A DNA stretch of 64,000 bases from Eledone cirrhosa (taxonomy: Eukaryota), in NCBI GenBank assembly GCA_964016885.1, contig OZ024741.1, positions 281,728,001-281,792,000 on the forward strand, in the 5' to 3' direction. The notes under the pieces were generated by a model. It was not told the DNA's origin. It did no database searches and saw nothing but the letters and a program-made list of their open reading frames with translations. The position numbers and the translations under genes are program-made. Each line of letters starts with the position of its first letter. Positions within the stretch are counted from its first letter, which is position 1. This document shows positions 52,214-64,000 of this stretch, piece after piece.

Positions 52214-52745
52214 CGCCTTCTTGCAGCAGCAGCAACACCAACAATAGGAGTAATAACAATTTCTACCTCTTCCTCAAGGCTACAGATTTTCAGCACTTGA
52301 CTGCGAGTTAGTTTTATCAACTGTGGAAAGAGGAAATGCCACATAATACTAACAACTGATGACATTTTATTTATAATGGTTTATTTTGGTATCAGTGGGA
52401 GTGCCAGTGGCCAAGATCTTCTCAGATCCTCAAGAGACTGGTAAGATTAATGGCTCTAAATATCCTTGAAATTCACACATTTACAGGAAAAAAAACATGT
52501 AGACTGGGAGTGATTTCCAAATGATTGATACTCTAGGGAGGAAGAATTAGGCAAAGTGGTTAGTACAAGACCTGGTGGGGGTGGGGTGAAAATGAAGATC
52601 CAGACGAGGTAATGGAAGGAAGATGCCAGATGTGCTGCATAGGCCTGGTTAGATATTGTGAAGTAACGGAGAAAAGAAGAAAAATATGTATATACATTAC
52701 CAATAAACTGTTTTTGTTTGTTTTTAAACTATCATTAATCAGTGG

Positions 52746-52790
52746 ACTTACCTAAAAAAGAAAAGAAACAAGAAAATATAGTAGATTAAC
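52746..52790 (-). promoter_or_regulatory. Candidate recursive splice site (3'SS directly followed by 5'SS)
   Basis: Minus strand TTTTCTTGTTTCTTTTCTTTTTTAG|GTAAGT. Confidence 0.45.
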
Positions 52791-53379
52791 ATTTAACATT
52801 CTGTAATGATTTAGCAGAAAATATCTAAAAAGAGAGGTTTGTTAACCTGAGACTAAACAGCAACAATTTTCCTATGTGTGAACATAGAATGGAGATGTAA
52901 GATTGCAACAAATCAAATTTTTTACTTAAACTCTAAACATCCTGTAATGATTTAGCAGAAAATATTTTAAAATCATCACTGTCTGGTTTAATGACTTCTT
53001 TACTTGTCACAAACATTGGACATTTTGGTAGCCTCTCTCAAAGCATCTCTTCACAGTGTTTGTTCCAGAGATACGTTTTCGTCCAGGTTCTACGCTTTCA
53101 GATCATCCCTGGTTACCCTTCCCAGGTTTTATATGGGAGTCCCCTTTCCCTGACAACCAGGGGCCACAATCTTGGTACATCAATGTATCTACCCACCACT
53201 ACAGTTCACCGATGCAGTTAATTAAGCTAAAAATAATGCTCTATGCTTATTAGTGTTAATTTATTAGTTATCCTTCTTACATTAGAGACTTCATTGCTGT
53301 TTTGTATTTTTCAAGAAGCCTTGCTGCTGTGTTTTCATGTGGTACAAGAAGTTAAATATCAAGAGATACATACAATCAA

Positions 53380-53621
53380 CCCTTTAGCATTTAAACCAGT
53401 CATATCCGGTCAGAATTCTCTCACCTCTTTCTGTTCAAACCGTCTGTAACCAGTCGCTCATATTGATATTAAGGTATTGTTCTCAAAATAAATAATATCA
53501 AAATCTCATAGATTCGAAATTATATGAGATAAGTATGCGAGGTAAGGCCTTACCGTGAAAATGTAATAGTAAATATAAAGTAATGTAAATGCTAAAAAGG
53601 TTAAATTGTTATTTATGTCTT
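53380..53621. mobile_element. piggyBac-like MITE (P2), opposite orientation
   Basis: CCCTTTAGCATTT ... AAATGCTAAAAAGG-TTAA; body homologous to 45988. Confidence 0.85.
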
Positions 53622-53676
53622 CATATCTCTATGAAGCATAATGACAATGTAAAGTGCTCAATTCAGGCCATTAAAT

Positions 53677-54037
53677 ACTGTATTTGATAGTTATAGGACA
53701 CATGGGATTGTTAGATGCACCTCAATTTGGGTAGGCATTTAAAAAAATAGATAAATGGGTTTAAACTATAAATGTCAGGTGAAGGGTGTAAAGTTTGTAC
53801 ATCGCATTTTTTTTATTATCGTTCTACATTGTTACATTAGAAAAGAGTTGCCATTGATGGTGTAGAAGACATCCCCACCTTCTTTACATTTGCGAAGATG
53901 TTTGCGGTTTAATTTAAGGGCCACTGCAGCACTACAACTTTGCTGGCCAATAATCCTAACTTATAAGATACAGGGTGATTTTCTAGGACAATTTTTTGGG
54001 GAAAAAAAGTTCATCTCCAAAGCCATCAAATACGGTA
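53677..54037. mobile_element. pogo/Tigger-like MITE, uninterrupted
   Basis: TA-CTGTATTTGAT ... ATCAAATACGG-TA. Confidence 0.75.
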
Positions 54038-54967
54038 ATTAACTCAAACTTAAAAATACAGGTTGGAGCTAACTAACCCAGCGTTCAATAGCCTGGTACA
54101 GTTTGCAAGACAACTGATTGATCAATTGTGGCACCATCAGAACCCCATATTGTTTATGTCTGACACAGCTTATATACCTCCTAAATGACCAGCAAGTAGT
54201 GCAAGTGGTGCAAGTGGTGGCAATGTGACATTAACTTGGTTACATAATATACTGATACAGAGAAAACTAAAGAAAGATGTGCCTTCAGAGGACTTTCAGT
54301 TGTGTCATAGACATGACAACTTCTGTGTACTCGGTGGAGTATGAGACTATACATAAGCAAGATAACAGATCAGTGGCCCAGCTTCAGTACTGACTTGGTC
54401 TATGTAGACCCATCCAACTCTTTCTAGCAGGGAAAGCAGACATTAAAATGATGATGATGATGATATATATATATATATATATTATGCTTGTAATTCTTTA
54501 AAATTTATACACAATGCATTTCCTATATCAATCACATTGCTACAATAAGGTCACTTTTCAATCACAAGTTGCTGGGTTCTAACTCTACATTTGTTACTGT
54601 TAATAGTTATTTCTCCAAAGTTACTTATATATTTCATCCTGTATGTCATTTGTACATATATGCTGAAAATTTATGTAATTATATCCAAGAACTAAATTAT
54701 TGAAATAACATTTTTATCTTTAATCATTTCCATGTGTCTATCAACTCAAATTACAGGGTTGCTCTTATGCAAACAATTAATTTATCAAAAGGAAAATGTC
54801 CCAGTTTGTATGATAGTCCATATATCCAGTAATCCTGATATGCTATATATGGCATACCATTCCTGGACTCTAAAAATAAAATACATTCAACTCTATTACT
54901 ATTATTGATGGCACAGGTTCCCAAGTAACATAATAAGGCACTCAATAACCTTATACACACACATACA

Positions 54968-55240
<273 letters not shown>

Positions 55241-55567
55241 AATGGACAGGAGGTGGAGGACTGCTTTAAAATAAATCATATATATATACATACACACACA
55301 TGCCTGCACACATATTTATACACATATACATTTCTACATATATATATAACAAACATAGCAATAGATTGATCTGCTGATCTCTTACAATCTTTATATATAC
55401 TTAAATTAATCTACACTAAGATACATATGTCAATGTTAAAACGTTAATCTCAGTCACATAGTGTACATATTCAGTAGCATGAGAGAGAGAGAGAGAGAGA
55501 GAGAGAGTGTGTGTGCGTGTGTTATACATACACATATATATATATATGTATATATATATATTATATA

Positions 55568-55981
55568 TTTGGCGCTACGCAGTAATACAGAAAAACCGCC
55601 TTACCTATGTACAAAGCGAAACCTACAGTCAGTAGGCACCAAAGATGCACCCCAATCCCGCTATCCCCATCAACACCACCCCTTTCTCTGTAAAGTTATG
55701 TTGGTACCACAACATCCAGTCCTAAATAAATGAGGTCGTGTAGGTGTCACGACAAAAAAACAAAACACACAGTCTACGCTGTAATGTGGCCGTGTAGGTA
55801 ACACAGTAAAAACCTCCCAGTCGACACTGTAAACGTGGTTGGTGTTAGGAAGGGCATCCAGCCGTAGAAAACCCGCCAGACAGTCCTATACGAGCGAGAC
55901 GACCAATCTTGCCTCAAGTGGGACAATTCCCGTCTAAAGCCATGCTAGCGTGGAAGATAGGCGTTAAACGATGATGATGAT
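55568..55981 (+). mobile_element. 5'-truncated RTE LINE (long-UTR type) between (TA)n tracts
   Basis: WRYAVIQKNRLT, then a single-unit UTR homologous to 8210-9160 and a (GAT)n tail. Confidence 0.85.
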
Positions 55982-56371
55982 AGATATAGATATATATATA
56001 TATATATATATACTATATATACATATATATATATACTATATATACACACACACATACACACACATATACATACATACATACACACATGTACATACACTCA
56101 TACACATACATGTAAATATATATGCACACACTCACACACACAACAGGTTTCCTCAGAGTTTCTGTCTACCATATTCCTTCACAAGGAATTGGTCGGGCCA
56201 AGACTATAGAAGACATTTGCCAAAAGTTGCACGCAGTGTGATTGGAACTGGAACCAAGTAAATGGTTGCAAAGATTTCATCTTGTTGAACAGAGAAATAG
56301 ACAGACAGATAGGGGGAGATAGAGATATAGACAGTCAGTTAGATGGAAATAGAGAGAGGTGGAGACATAGA

Positions 56372-58830
56372 TATATTTCTTTATTTGCCACAAGGGCACA
56401 CAAGAAAAGGGAACAAACAAGGACACATGCTGGGGATTTTACATACGATCGTGTAAAAAAAAAGTTTAAACAATCTTCGGTCTCCGTTTGACTCAGGACT
56501 GCAGCTCTGTCAGCGAGACAAGTTGCAGGAAGACTTGTCTCACAAACGGGGCCCACACCGGTTGGTCAGTGAGAAATACCTGCAGATGCAGTAGCCACAG
56601 AGCGTGTTTGCGCATCATCAGCCATGGCATTCCCAGTCCTCCGTTTGAAGGGTACTCGCAGCAGACGGATCTTCTACCAGTGGGGCTTGCTTCTTCCAAA
56701 GGAATTGGAAGAGCATGTGTTCCATCTTGATGAGGTATTCACGGAGACAAGGCACGATGGTCAAGCGGTAGTAGATGACGAACGCTATGAAAGTGTTTGC
56801 CACCTCCACTCGACCTTTCAAGGATAGTTTGCACTCTGCCTGCTGTGCAAATGCCTTGGTCATGACCTTGTTCCAGTTTTTCTCCACCTGGAGATCCAGA
56901 CCGAACCAGACTCCAAGCAATTTCACCGGTTCTCCCGTCCAGCGTCCGACGACGCTGTCGGACGGCATCGGTTTGCCTCTCCACGTTCCGAGTTGCAAAC
57001 CGATAAATCTGTCCAGGTTGAGTTTTGCTCCTGTGAGCTTTTTGTATTCTAGCAGTAAGTTGCCGATCGCCCCGATTTCTGAGGTTTTCGACACCATTAC
57101 TGTCATGTCGGCGGCATAAGCTGACACCCGCAGTCCCAACGGGATGCCCTGCAAATGCTCCTACTTCCGCAGTAGTGGCTCTAGAGTCAATACGTACAGA
57201 ATGGAGGAGAGAAGACATCCCTATCAGATGGAACGCGTGATTGGGAACGGCTCCAATAGTAGCCGTTCACCTTGACTGTCGAGCAGATGGTATGCATGGC
57301 TGTGATCCAGCCTCTGAAGACGGGTCCGAAACTGCTTCCAAGTATGGATGGTCGACCCTATCAAATGCCTTAGACTGATCTAAATTGATCAGAGCTCCAC
57401 CGAAGCCGGGTTTACACCCACCCTCTTTATGATGTATCGCATGAGGTGGAGGTTGTGAATGAACCTGGTTGGAATTGCACGAGGTTCTCGACAACAAGCG
57501 CCAGCCTCGTTGCTAACACCTTGGCCAAAACCTTTAACTCTCTGTTTAGGAGAGTTATGGCCTGAAGTTACTTATTTCATCCCCCTTGTTCCTGTCTTTC
57601 CTAATCAGCATCACTACGCCCCTGCCTACAGAACTGGGAATTCTGCCGTTCTGCTGCCAGTTGCAGTAGATGGCTTCGAGGATGCCGGAGAACAAGTCCT
57701 GCATGCATATGTAAAATTCATAGGGTAGACCATCTAGACCGGGTGATTTGCGTTTCCTGCAGCGGCCCAAAGCGTCCAGTATCTCAGTGGCTGTGATCGG
57801 TCTTTCGAGAGATGCGGCAGGCCATCGAGGTATGAACCGAAGTCCATTGCCTCGTTCGGCGCACTGCTCTGCTCGAACAGTTGCACAAAGTGCCGCTGAA
57901 AGGCCGTACACATCTGCTTGGAATCAAGTAGCACGCGTCCGTTTTGGTCTTTCAAAGACCTAATCGTGGACTTGTTGCCACTTTTCATCTCTGCCACTCG
58001 GGTCCAGCCAACAGCTTTTGCTCTCTCGTTTCCTAGAGCACATGATCTACTCTTGACAATGCAGTCTTCCTCTTTCGTATCGAAGAACTGGTCCTCTTCT
58101 CTAAGGCTAATTCTTTGCTAAAAGCTATGGACTCTACTCTAATTGCTCGCTCGAGAAAGTACCACCACCTATTGTTGACAATGGCTCCCGTCAACTGTTG
58201 CTTAACTAAACTACTTATCCGTCTACTGTAGGCTTTATGCGTCGGTAACGACATGTTCAGCTTCCAGTATCCGGGTCCCTGTCTATGCATACTATCATGG
58301 TTGACTATGCAGGTGACTAGTTTGTGGTCTGAATAGGCAACCATGTACATTTGTGGACAGCTTAACATTTTCCTGTCTCTCTTTAATTAAGAATCTATCT
58401 AATTACGATCTAGATGTCCTGCTGCGAACTGTGGTGCAGTAGGGAAATCTAGTCGATACCTATCATCCAGTTGGAATTGGCCGATTAAATTTTTGGGGCT
58501 GTTGCACCCCCCTCTACTGGGGCATGTTCCTACATAGTCCCAACGTGCATCTAGGATACCATTCCAGTCCCCCACTAAAAGCAAGACGTTCACAGAAAAG
58601 ACTCTAGACACTTAAAGATCTGGCCGCGATGTCCCAGTCGGGGCATAAACAGCCACCAGTCTGAAGGCTCCACCTCCAATACTGTTCACGTCTAGGACCA
58701 CCAGTCTACCCTCCACGTCAAAATGTATTTCGAGATCCAAGTTTTTCAAAAATATAACAGCCACTCCCCCTCCACCTCTTGGCTGACAGAGAGATGCGTA
58801 GATCTCAAAGTCATTAAAGATAGGGGTTAG
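56372..58830 (-). mobile_element. Decayed Tx1/L1-clade LINE ORF2 (AP endonuclease and RT)
   Basis: GGGVAV, EGRLVVLD, VAVYAP, VGDWN, SDHKLV, GPGYWKLN, KSPGLDGLPYEFY, NFRP, LDQSKAFDRVDH, AYAADMT and LSLKGRV; many frameshifts; AATAAA near 56380. Confidence 0.92.
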
Positions 58831-59079
58831 TTGCTGCTTGTTGTGAGACGTGTGCGTGCGTGTGTGTGTAAGCACACAAACTTACATATGTAAATGTGCA
58901 TGAACAAATTCAAAATGTATATTATATTGGATTTCTCAAATATATTATGCATACTTTCATGTATACATCGCTATTTCAGAGCACCAATCCTAATACCTAA
59001 TTTTTGCTGGACCAGTAATCGCTCTGTATAATCAGCTCCTGATTATTACTGGAATTCTATAAGAATCCAGCTTCTACAA

Positions 59080-59172
59080 TTTTCGGCAGAAACAGGGAGT
59101 GCGTGGCTCTGATGATCGCCAAACAAACAGCGTGAAACAGACTGTTAGCTTCTCTCCCTCCTTTCGCCGAAA
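59080..59172 (+). ncRNA. Type I hammerhead ribozyme candidate
   Basis: GGCT-CTGATGA-T-CGC/GCG-T-GAA-ACAG/CTGT-T-AGCT, with stem I extended by GGGAG/CTCCC and TTTTCGGC/GCCGAAAA. Confidence 0.7.
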
Positions 59173-59289
59173 AGAAGTCACTACTTTAAAACCGATAGCG
59201 TATGGTCTTCTAAATGTTTTTAATTAAACACACGGTATATTGCCAAATATACTATACATAGATTCATATATATATATATATTAAAATAA

Positions 59290-59348
59290 CAGATTAAAGT
59301 TTAAGCAAAGAATTGCTGCTTTCACCCTTAACGGAATCCTCTGAAACT
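59290..59348 (-). ncRNA. Hammerhead-like motif with U4A core
   Basis: Minus strand: AGTTT-CAGAGGA-TTCC/GGGT-GAA-AGCA/TGCT-T-AAACT. Confidence 0.45.
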
Positions 59349-59892
59349 CTTCGAGCTCTCTTCGGATTTTAGTCTTCACATTTATTATTATTACTATATA
59401 CACTACCACCTGCACCATGACAGATAAACACACAATGAGAACACAGTTGATAGAGTAACCTGCATGAACTCTACAGTGTCCAAAACTATCTAGTGTAAAT
59501 AATGACTAAGGTTAAAGCAACTTATGGCGACATATTGGCAGTGTTGTTAGATTGTCATGAAGAATGCCCATCTTAAAACAAACCACCTTGGTGCACTTTT
59601 TTATGGCGGCACCACTACTACTTTACAGAAGGTATTGTGTGTGTGTGTGTATGTTTTGTGGCACCAGTGCCAGAGAGGTTGTCATATGGTCCTCTAGGCT
59701 GAGGAGTCCTCAAACCATTATACACACATCCACACACAGTGAAATTCCATTAGAACAAAATTCACGGGGTATTTTTTAAAAATTGTTGTAATAAAAAATT
59801 CTTTATAACGAGATCAACCAAAACAAATTGAGCATTTGTTTGTTATCTCGGGGATTGAAAAAAATATACTGAAAAATTTGCTATTATATATA

Positions 59893-60627
59893 TCTATATA
59901 TCTAAAACAGAGAATGTCTGTCTGGTTCCCTAAAACTCGAGAACCACCCAACCGATTTTTTTTCAAACTTTACACATGTAATACTTATGGTCGTGTGAGT
60001 GTTTTGAGCAAAAAATATTTCAAATTTTCAATGCCCTAGGGACCGCATTAGGCGCTGTTTAGAGATCTCTTTGTCTTTCTTAGTCTGTCTATTTAGATAG
60101 ATGCATAGCTATAATGTCGCGCCCTTATAATATCTGTCTGTATGTCTGCATTACTACAGAGAGAGAGCGCGCGCGTGCGTGGTGTGTGTGTGTGTGTGTA
60201 TAGTGTGTAACGTTTTTCGAAATATTTACTTCTGCGTTCACAGATTGATTTCTTTAGTTTCAGAAGAACCCGTTAAGGGTGAAAGCAGCGATTCTTCGCT
60301 TAAACTTTAATCTGTTATTTTACTATATATATATAATTATTATATTTGTGTACAGATATTTTTGCATACACAATAAAATATAAACAAACCTATTTATTTC
60401 ACGAGCTAGACAGCAGCAAAAACAACAACAAAAAAGAGAGGGAACGCAATTACGTACTTTTGAAAAATCTTCATTGAAAATTATTTGCCTATTCACCCAA
60501 GGCGACTTCACCAATTGATGCAGAAGTCCTAATAAAAAGTGAACTTACGACAAAACTGTTTCAGAAAGTAGGATAACGATGCCAATCTATGTTTAGAATA
60601 TCGAGCAACGCCGGGCCATTCTGCTAG
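59893..60627 (+). mobile_element. Non-autonomous Helitron
   Basis: A|TCTATATA start, subterminal CGAGCAACGCCGGG hairpin, CTAG|T end, no TSD. Confidence 0.75.
60241..60314 (+). ncRNA. Hammerhead-like motif with U4A core, inside the Helitron
   Basis: AGTTT-CAGAAGA-ACCC/GGGT-GAA-AGC/GCT-T-AAACT with outer pairing CAGATTGA/TTAATCTG. Confidence 0.55.
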
Positions 60628-60660
<33 letters not shown>

Positions 60661-60965
60661 ATATATCTGTCTTTATTAAGTTATGTAACAACCCTACCTT
60701 AACGTTTATTCATGTGTATGTGTATATTTCACAAGTACACTTAAATTTTACAAAGGTTTTTATGTGAATTATATTAAGTAATGGTTTTCAGTTGACAAAG
60801 TGAGAAAGGTACTTTTTATTAGGAATTATATGTCGAAATTGGAAGTATATACATGTCTACATACAAGGTATGAACATTTTATAGTCAAATACAGCCATTG
60901 AAATTCTAAAGATAAGGCATCATGGCAAAGAAATCAATATCTAGAAACATAAAACTTCATTTTAA

Positions 60966-61715
60966 CCCTTTCGTTACTGCATTTCTAATGAAATGCACTA
61001 CCTTTATGTTTGAATTAATTCTGAAAATAAAAAATTTGAAGGAATTTAATAATATAATTAACCTTTTCATTATTTAGCTGTTGTGTAAAGTAGTGGATTG
61101 GCAAAATCATTAGACTGTCAGATAAAAGGCTTTGCATTCTGATTTCAAATTCTGTCAAGGTCAACTTTACCTTTCAGGGTCAATAATATAAAATATCTAT
61201 CAAATGCTAGGATCAATATAATCGATTTTCTCCTTCCTTTAAATTGGGGGCCTAGAAATTAGAAACCATTATTAAGTGATGTTTCAAACATCACTTAACA
61301 AAAAGTTCTTTAAAAAAAATTGATGAAAGACTTTAATATAAATACATATACAGTGGAACCTCGGTTCCCAAATGCCTCTCATCATGAACAAATTGGTTCA
61401 CAAACAATTTTTCCGAACATAAAAAGTTTTGGTTCATGGATGGTGTCTTAAGTAATGAACATGCAAGCCAGCAACAACGGTTGGCAACAAGATTGGCAAG
61501 AAAGCATCACTTGCTGAGTAGTTAGTTACTATGGTGATATCTATTTGTCTTTCACACACAGTCTCTCTCTCTCTCTCAAGGTATTTCTCTCTCAACATTC
61601 TGTATGGGAAAAATAGTTTGAGTTTACGAGCATTTCAGGAACAAATTAAGTTTGCAAACCAAGGTTCCACTGTATTTTAAAGTGGCTGGTTTCAGTAAGT
61701 TTGTTACCAAAAGGG
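60966..61715. mobile_element. P1 MITE containing a SINE (61092-61272) and a pogo-like MITE
   Basis: TTAA-CCCTTT ... AAAAGGG-TTCA. Confidence 0.7.
61351..61672. mobile_element. pogo/Tigger-like MITE
   Basis: TA-CAGTGGAACCT ... AGGTTCCACTG-TA; a lone end also occurs near 13150. Confidence 0.85.
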
Positions 61716-62199
61716 TTCATTCTTAGATGCTCTGATGTTCATGCTTTTTCCCAAAACACTGGGTCATTAAGTGAAATTAATTAGCTTCTTTCTGGAGTTG
61801 ACATCAGGTCATATACTTTGCTTACTTGACATGATAATAATAAAAAAATATTTTTATGATAAGGCCAAACAATTGAAATAACAGAGTTACCATACTCCTA
61901 ACAACTACCAATGGCAGTTTAAACCAGTTTTCTAAATTATGTCATCTTCTCAAGAAGTTTTTTGTTGAATTTTTCAAAACCACTACTTCAAAACATTAAA
62001 CATGCTCTAACGATGACAAAGCAGTTTTAGTCACATAAAATGAGTAATTTTGTTAAATTATTAATTTTTTCAAATGTGTTTTAACATTTTAGAAATGCTG
62101 TTACACAAATAGTGGAAGTAATTATGAAAAGATTTCAGAATAAGTAAACATATAGAGAGAAATGAAGCAAACATGCTCTATTTGATATGTAATGAATGA

Positions 62200-62442
62200 T
62201 GGAGCATGGATGAAGTGATAGAAAAGCTGGATATAAGAGGAATCAGATGTGCAAAATAAGACCGTGCTAGTTCAGACATGTGATGTGCTTGGATGATTAG
62301 AGCTGGATGATGCCAGTGGAAGGAAACTATAGTAGAAAACACAAGGGAAACCTGGGCATACAGAGATAAAGAAAAAATTATACTTGAAACAGCCTGTACA
62401 ACCCATGCAAGCATAGAAAAGCAGACATAAAATGATGCTGAT
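62200..62442 (+). mobile_element. Old RTE 3' fragment (short-tail type)
   Basis: EKLDIRGIRC remnant and ACCCATGCAAGCATAG tail. Confidence 0.65.
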
Positions 62443-62739
62443 AATATTTACTATTCAATACTAGTTTCCACAAGCAACTAAATTTGAAGACTCAATTATC
62501 TTTCCATTTTAATTTAGTCTGTAAAAATATCTATCCTATTAATTTAGCCTGCAAAATATCAATGCTGCCAGTAATCTTAAAGAGAAATAAAGTTCAGCTG
62601 GGTAGAAAGCCAGACCTTCACAGAAAACATTCCCAAATGATCTGGTGCTCAAATAACCAATAAAATGCTTCCAGTGCATTAAAACTTGAGATTTACAAGC
62701 TGTCAGTCCAACACTGTATCCTGTTAATTACAGCTTCTT

Positions 62740-63300
62740 TGCTCACTTATTCCAGAGGGTTGTGAGGGCAGAGTCTTCAGACATGCCTTCTCTAGGGTCC
62801 TATCAGAAGCAACAATCTCTAACTGATCCAGCTGGATCCCTAAGCAAGAACAACTAAGCTTTTAGATGTTATCCAAACATCATGCTTATGGTCTACCTTT
62901 GGGGCTCCTGCCAGTTGGTTTTGCCCATAAAAACTGTCCAGCAATTCTTTCCTTAGACATTCTAACCAATATTTATAGTACCAGAGATGTAATCTCTCAA
63001 AGCAGTGAATTAAGGCTCTACCTGGAGTGACACCTTGATCTTTGAGCCATGCATCCTATTGAGTAATGTTACTCCAAAGACCCTTCAGAGGAAACCCATT
63101 TTGTCTGCTTGTATTTACAATTGTATTCTTTTGGTCATTACCCAGGAGCCATAACCATAGGTAATGGTAGGCACAAACACCAAACAGAAGATAGCTAGTT
63201 TGGATTTTACACCTACTACCCTTCTTTTGGTGACCAAGTGCTGAAGCTGGTGCATTATTGCACCAGCTCCAGCAATTCTTGCATTTAAATTAGCCTTTCA
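62740..63300 (-). mobile_element. Expander-like RTE 3' region
   Basis: Homologous to 48400-48785 and 39870-40065. Confidence 0.75.
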
Positions 63301-63702
63301 TCACTCATGAAAACAGTATTTTATTACAGCTGATAAAACGATCTGATTACAGATGATAAACTAAAAAAAAACAAAAAAACTCCTTACTTTTCTACAATCT
63401 AGCATATTGCAGGTGTGATGCAGGATAACATTGCAAACAGGCAGGTATGATACCATTAGAAAATAAATTGCATGTGAGATAACATGTTTAATTTAAAGAC
63501 AGTACATACTGTAAGTTAGTCATACTGGTGCTATGTCAAAAAGCATTCCTTCATTTATGGACATGACAACTTCCCTAGTGTTGGTGCCATGATAAAATGC
63601 ACACAGTAAAGCATGGGTTCATATGTCAGGCCTTCTGGAGGTCAGTGATGCCACTAGAGTACTAATCAGCCTGTAACAATGTGCTCAACCCTTGCTTGCA
63701 TT

Positions 63703-63882
63703 AATTGTTTCTACTTTTGGCACAAGGCCAACAATTACCCAGTAATGTACTGGTACTTTATTTTATCGACCCCGTAAGGATGAAAGGCAAAGTTAACCTC
63801 GATGGGATTTGAACTCAGACCGTAAAGGGACGTAACTATGCTAAAAAGCATGGCATCCTCTGCCGATACTGCCAATTCACCT
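63703..63882 (-). mobile_element. Family A SINE
   Basis: Complete core and tail. Confidence 0.88.
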
Positions 63883-64000
63883 AAATAATGATAATCATTA
63901 TTATTTCTTCATAATTTCATGTAAGAACATTTTAAGCTATGTTCCAAACATCAAATTGATCATAAAAAAGTTTGTTATTTTACTAAATTCCTTCAAATTT

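Noticed and set aside
59283-60322. 1-kb DNA transposon with 65-bp TIRs
   Set aside because: The right arm lies inside a Helitron whose 5' end falls between the arms; two separate copies in opposite orientation fit better.

Overview
AT-rich, microsatellite-dense, repeat-saturated animal genomic DNA. The SINE, RTE and MITE repertoire suggests a coleoid cephalopod such as octopus (inference only). I recognise no host protein-coding exon, rRNA, true tRNA gene or CRISPR array. Every credible ORF is transposon-derived: a decayed Chapaev-type DNA transposon with TIRs and a TSD, two long 5'-truncated RTE LINEs carrying a PHD-like finger inside the RT region, a decayed Tx1/L1 LINE, two CRE 3' ends and several smaller RT fragments. 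The window also holds dozens of tRNA-headed SINEs, piggyBac-like and pogo-like MITEs, a non-autonomous Helitron, several minisatellites and a 200-N gap. The most notable signals are: (1) several type I hammerhead-ribozyme-like motifs, one well folded and two sharing a U4A core variant; (2) fold-back insertions with divergent tRNA-like Pol III heads, one with a 13-bp TSD and an unpaired tail, suggesting Penelope-type mobilisation; (3) RTE LINEs whose 3' UTR contains a SINE-like module; (4) a strong candidate recursive splice site on the minus strand. All coordinates were read by eye and repeat boundaries are approximate.
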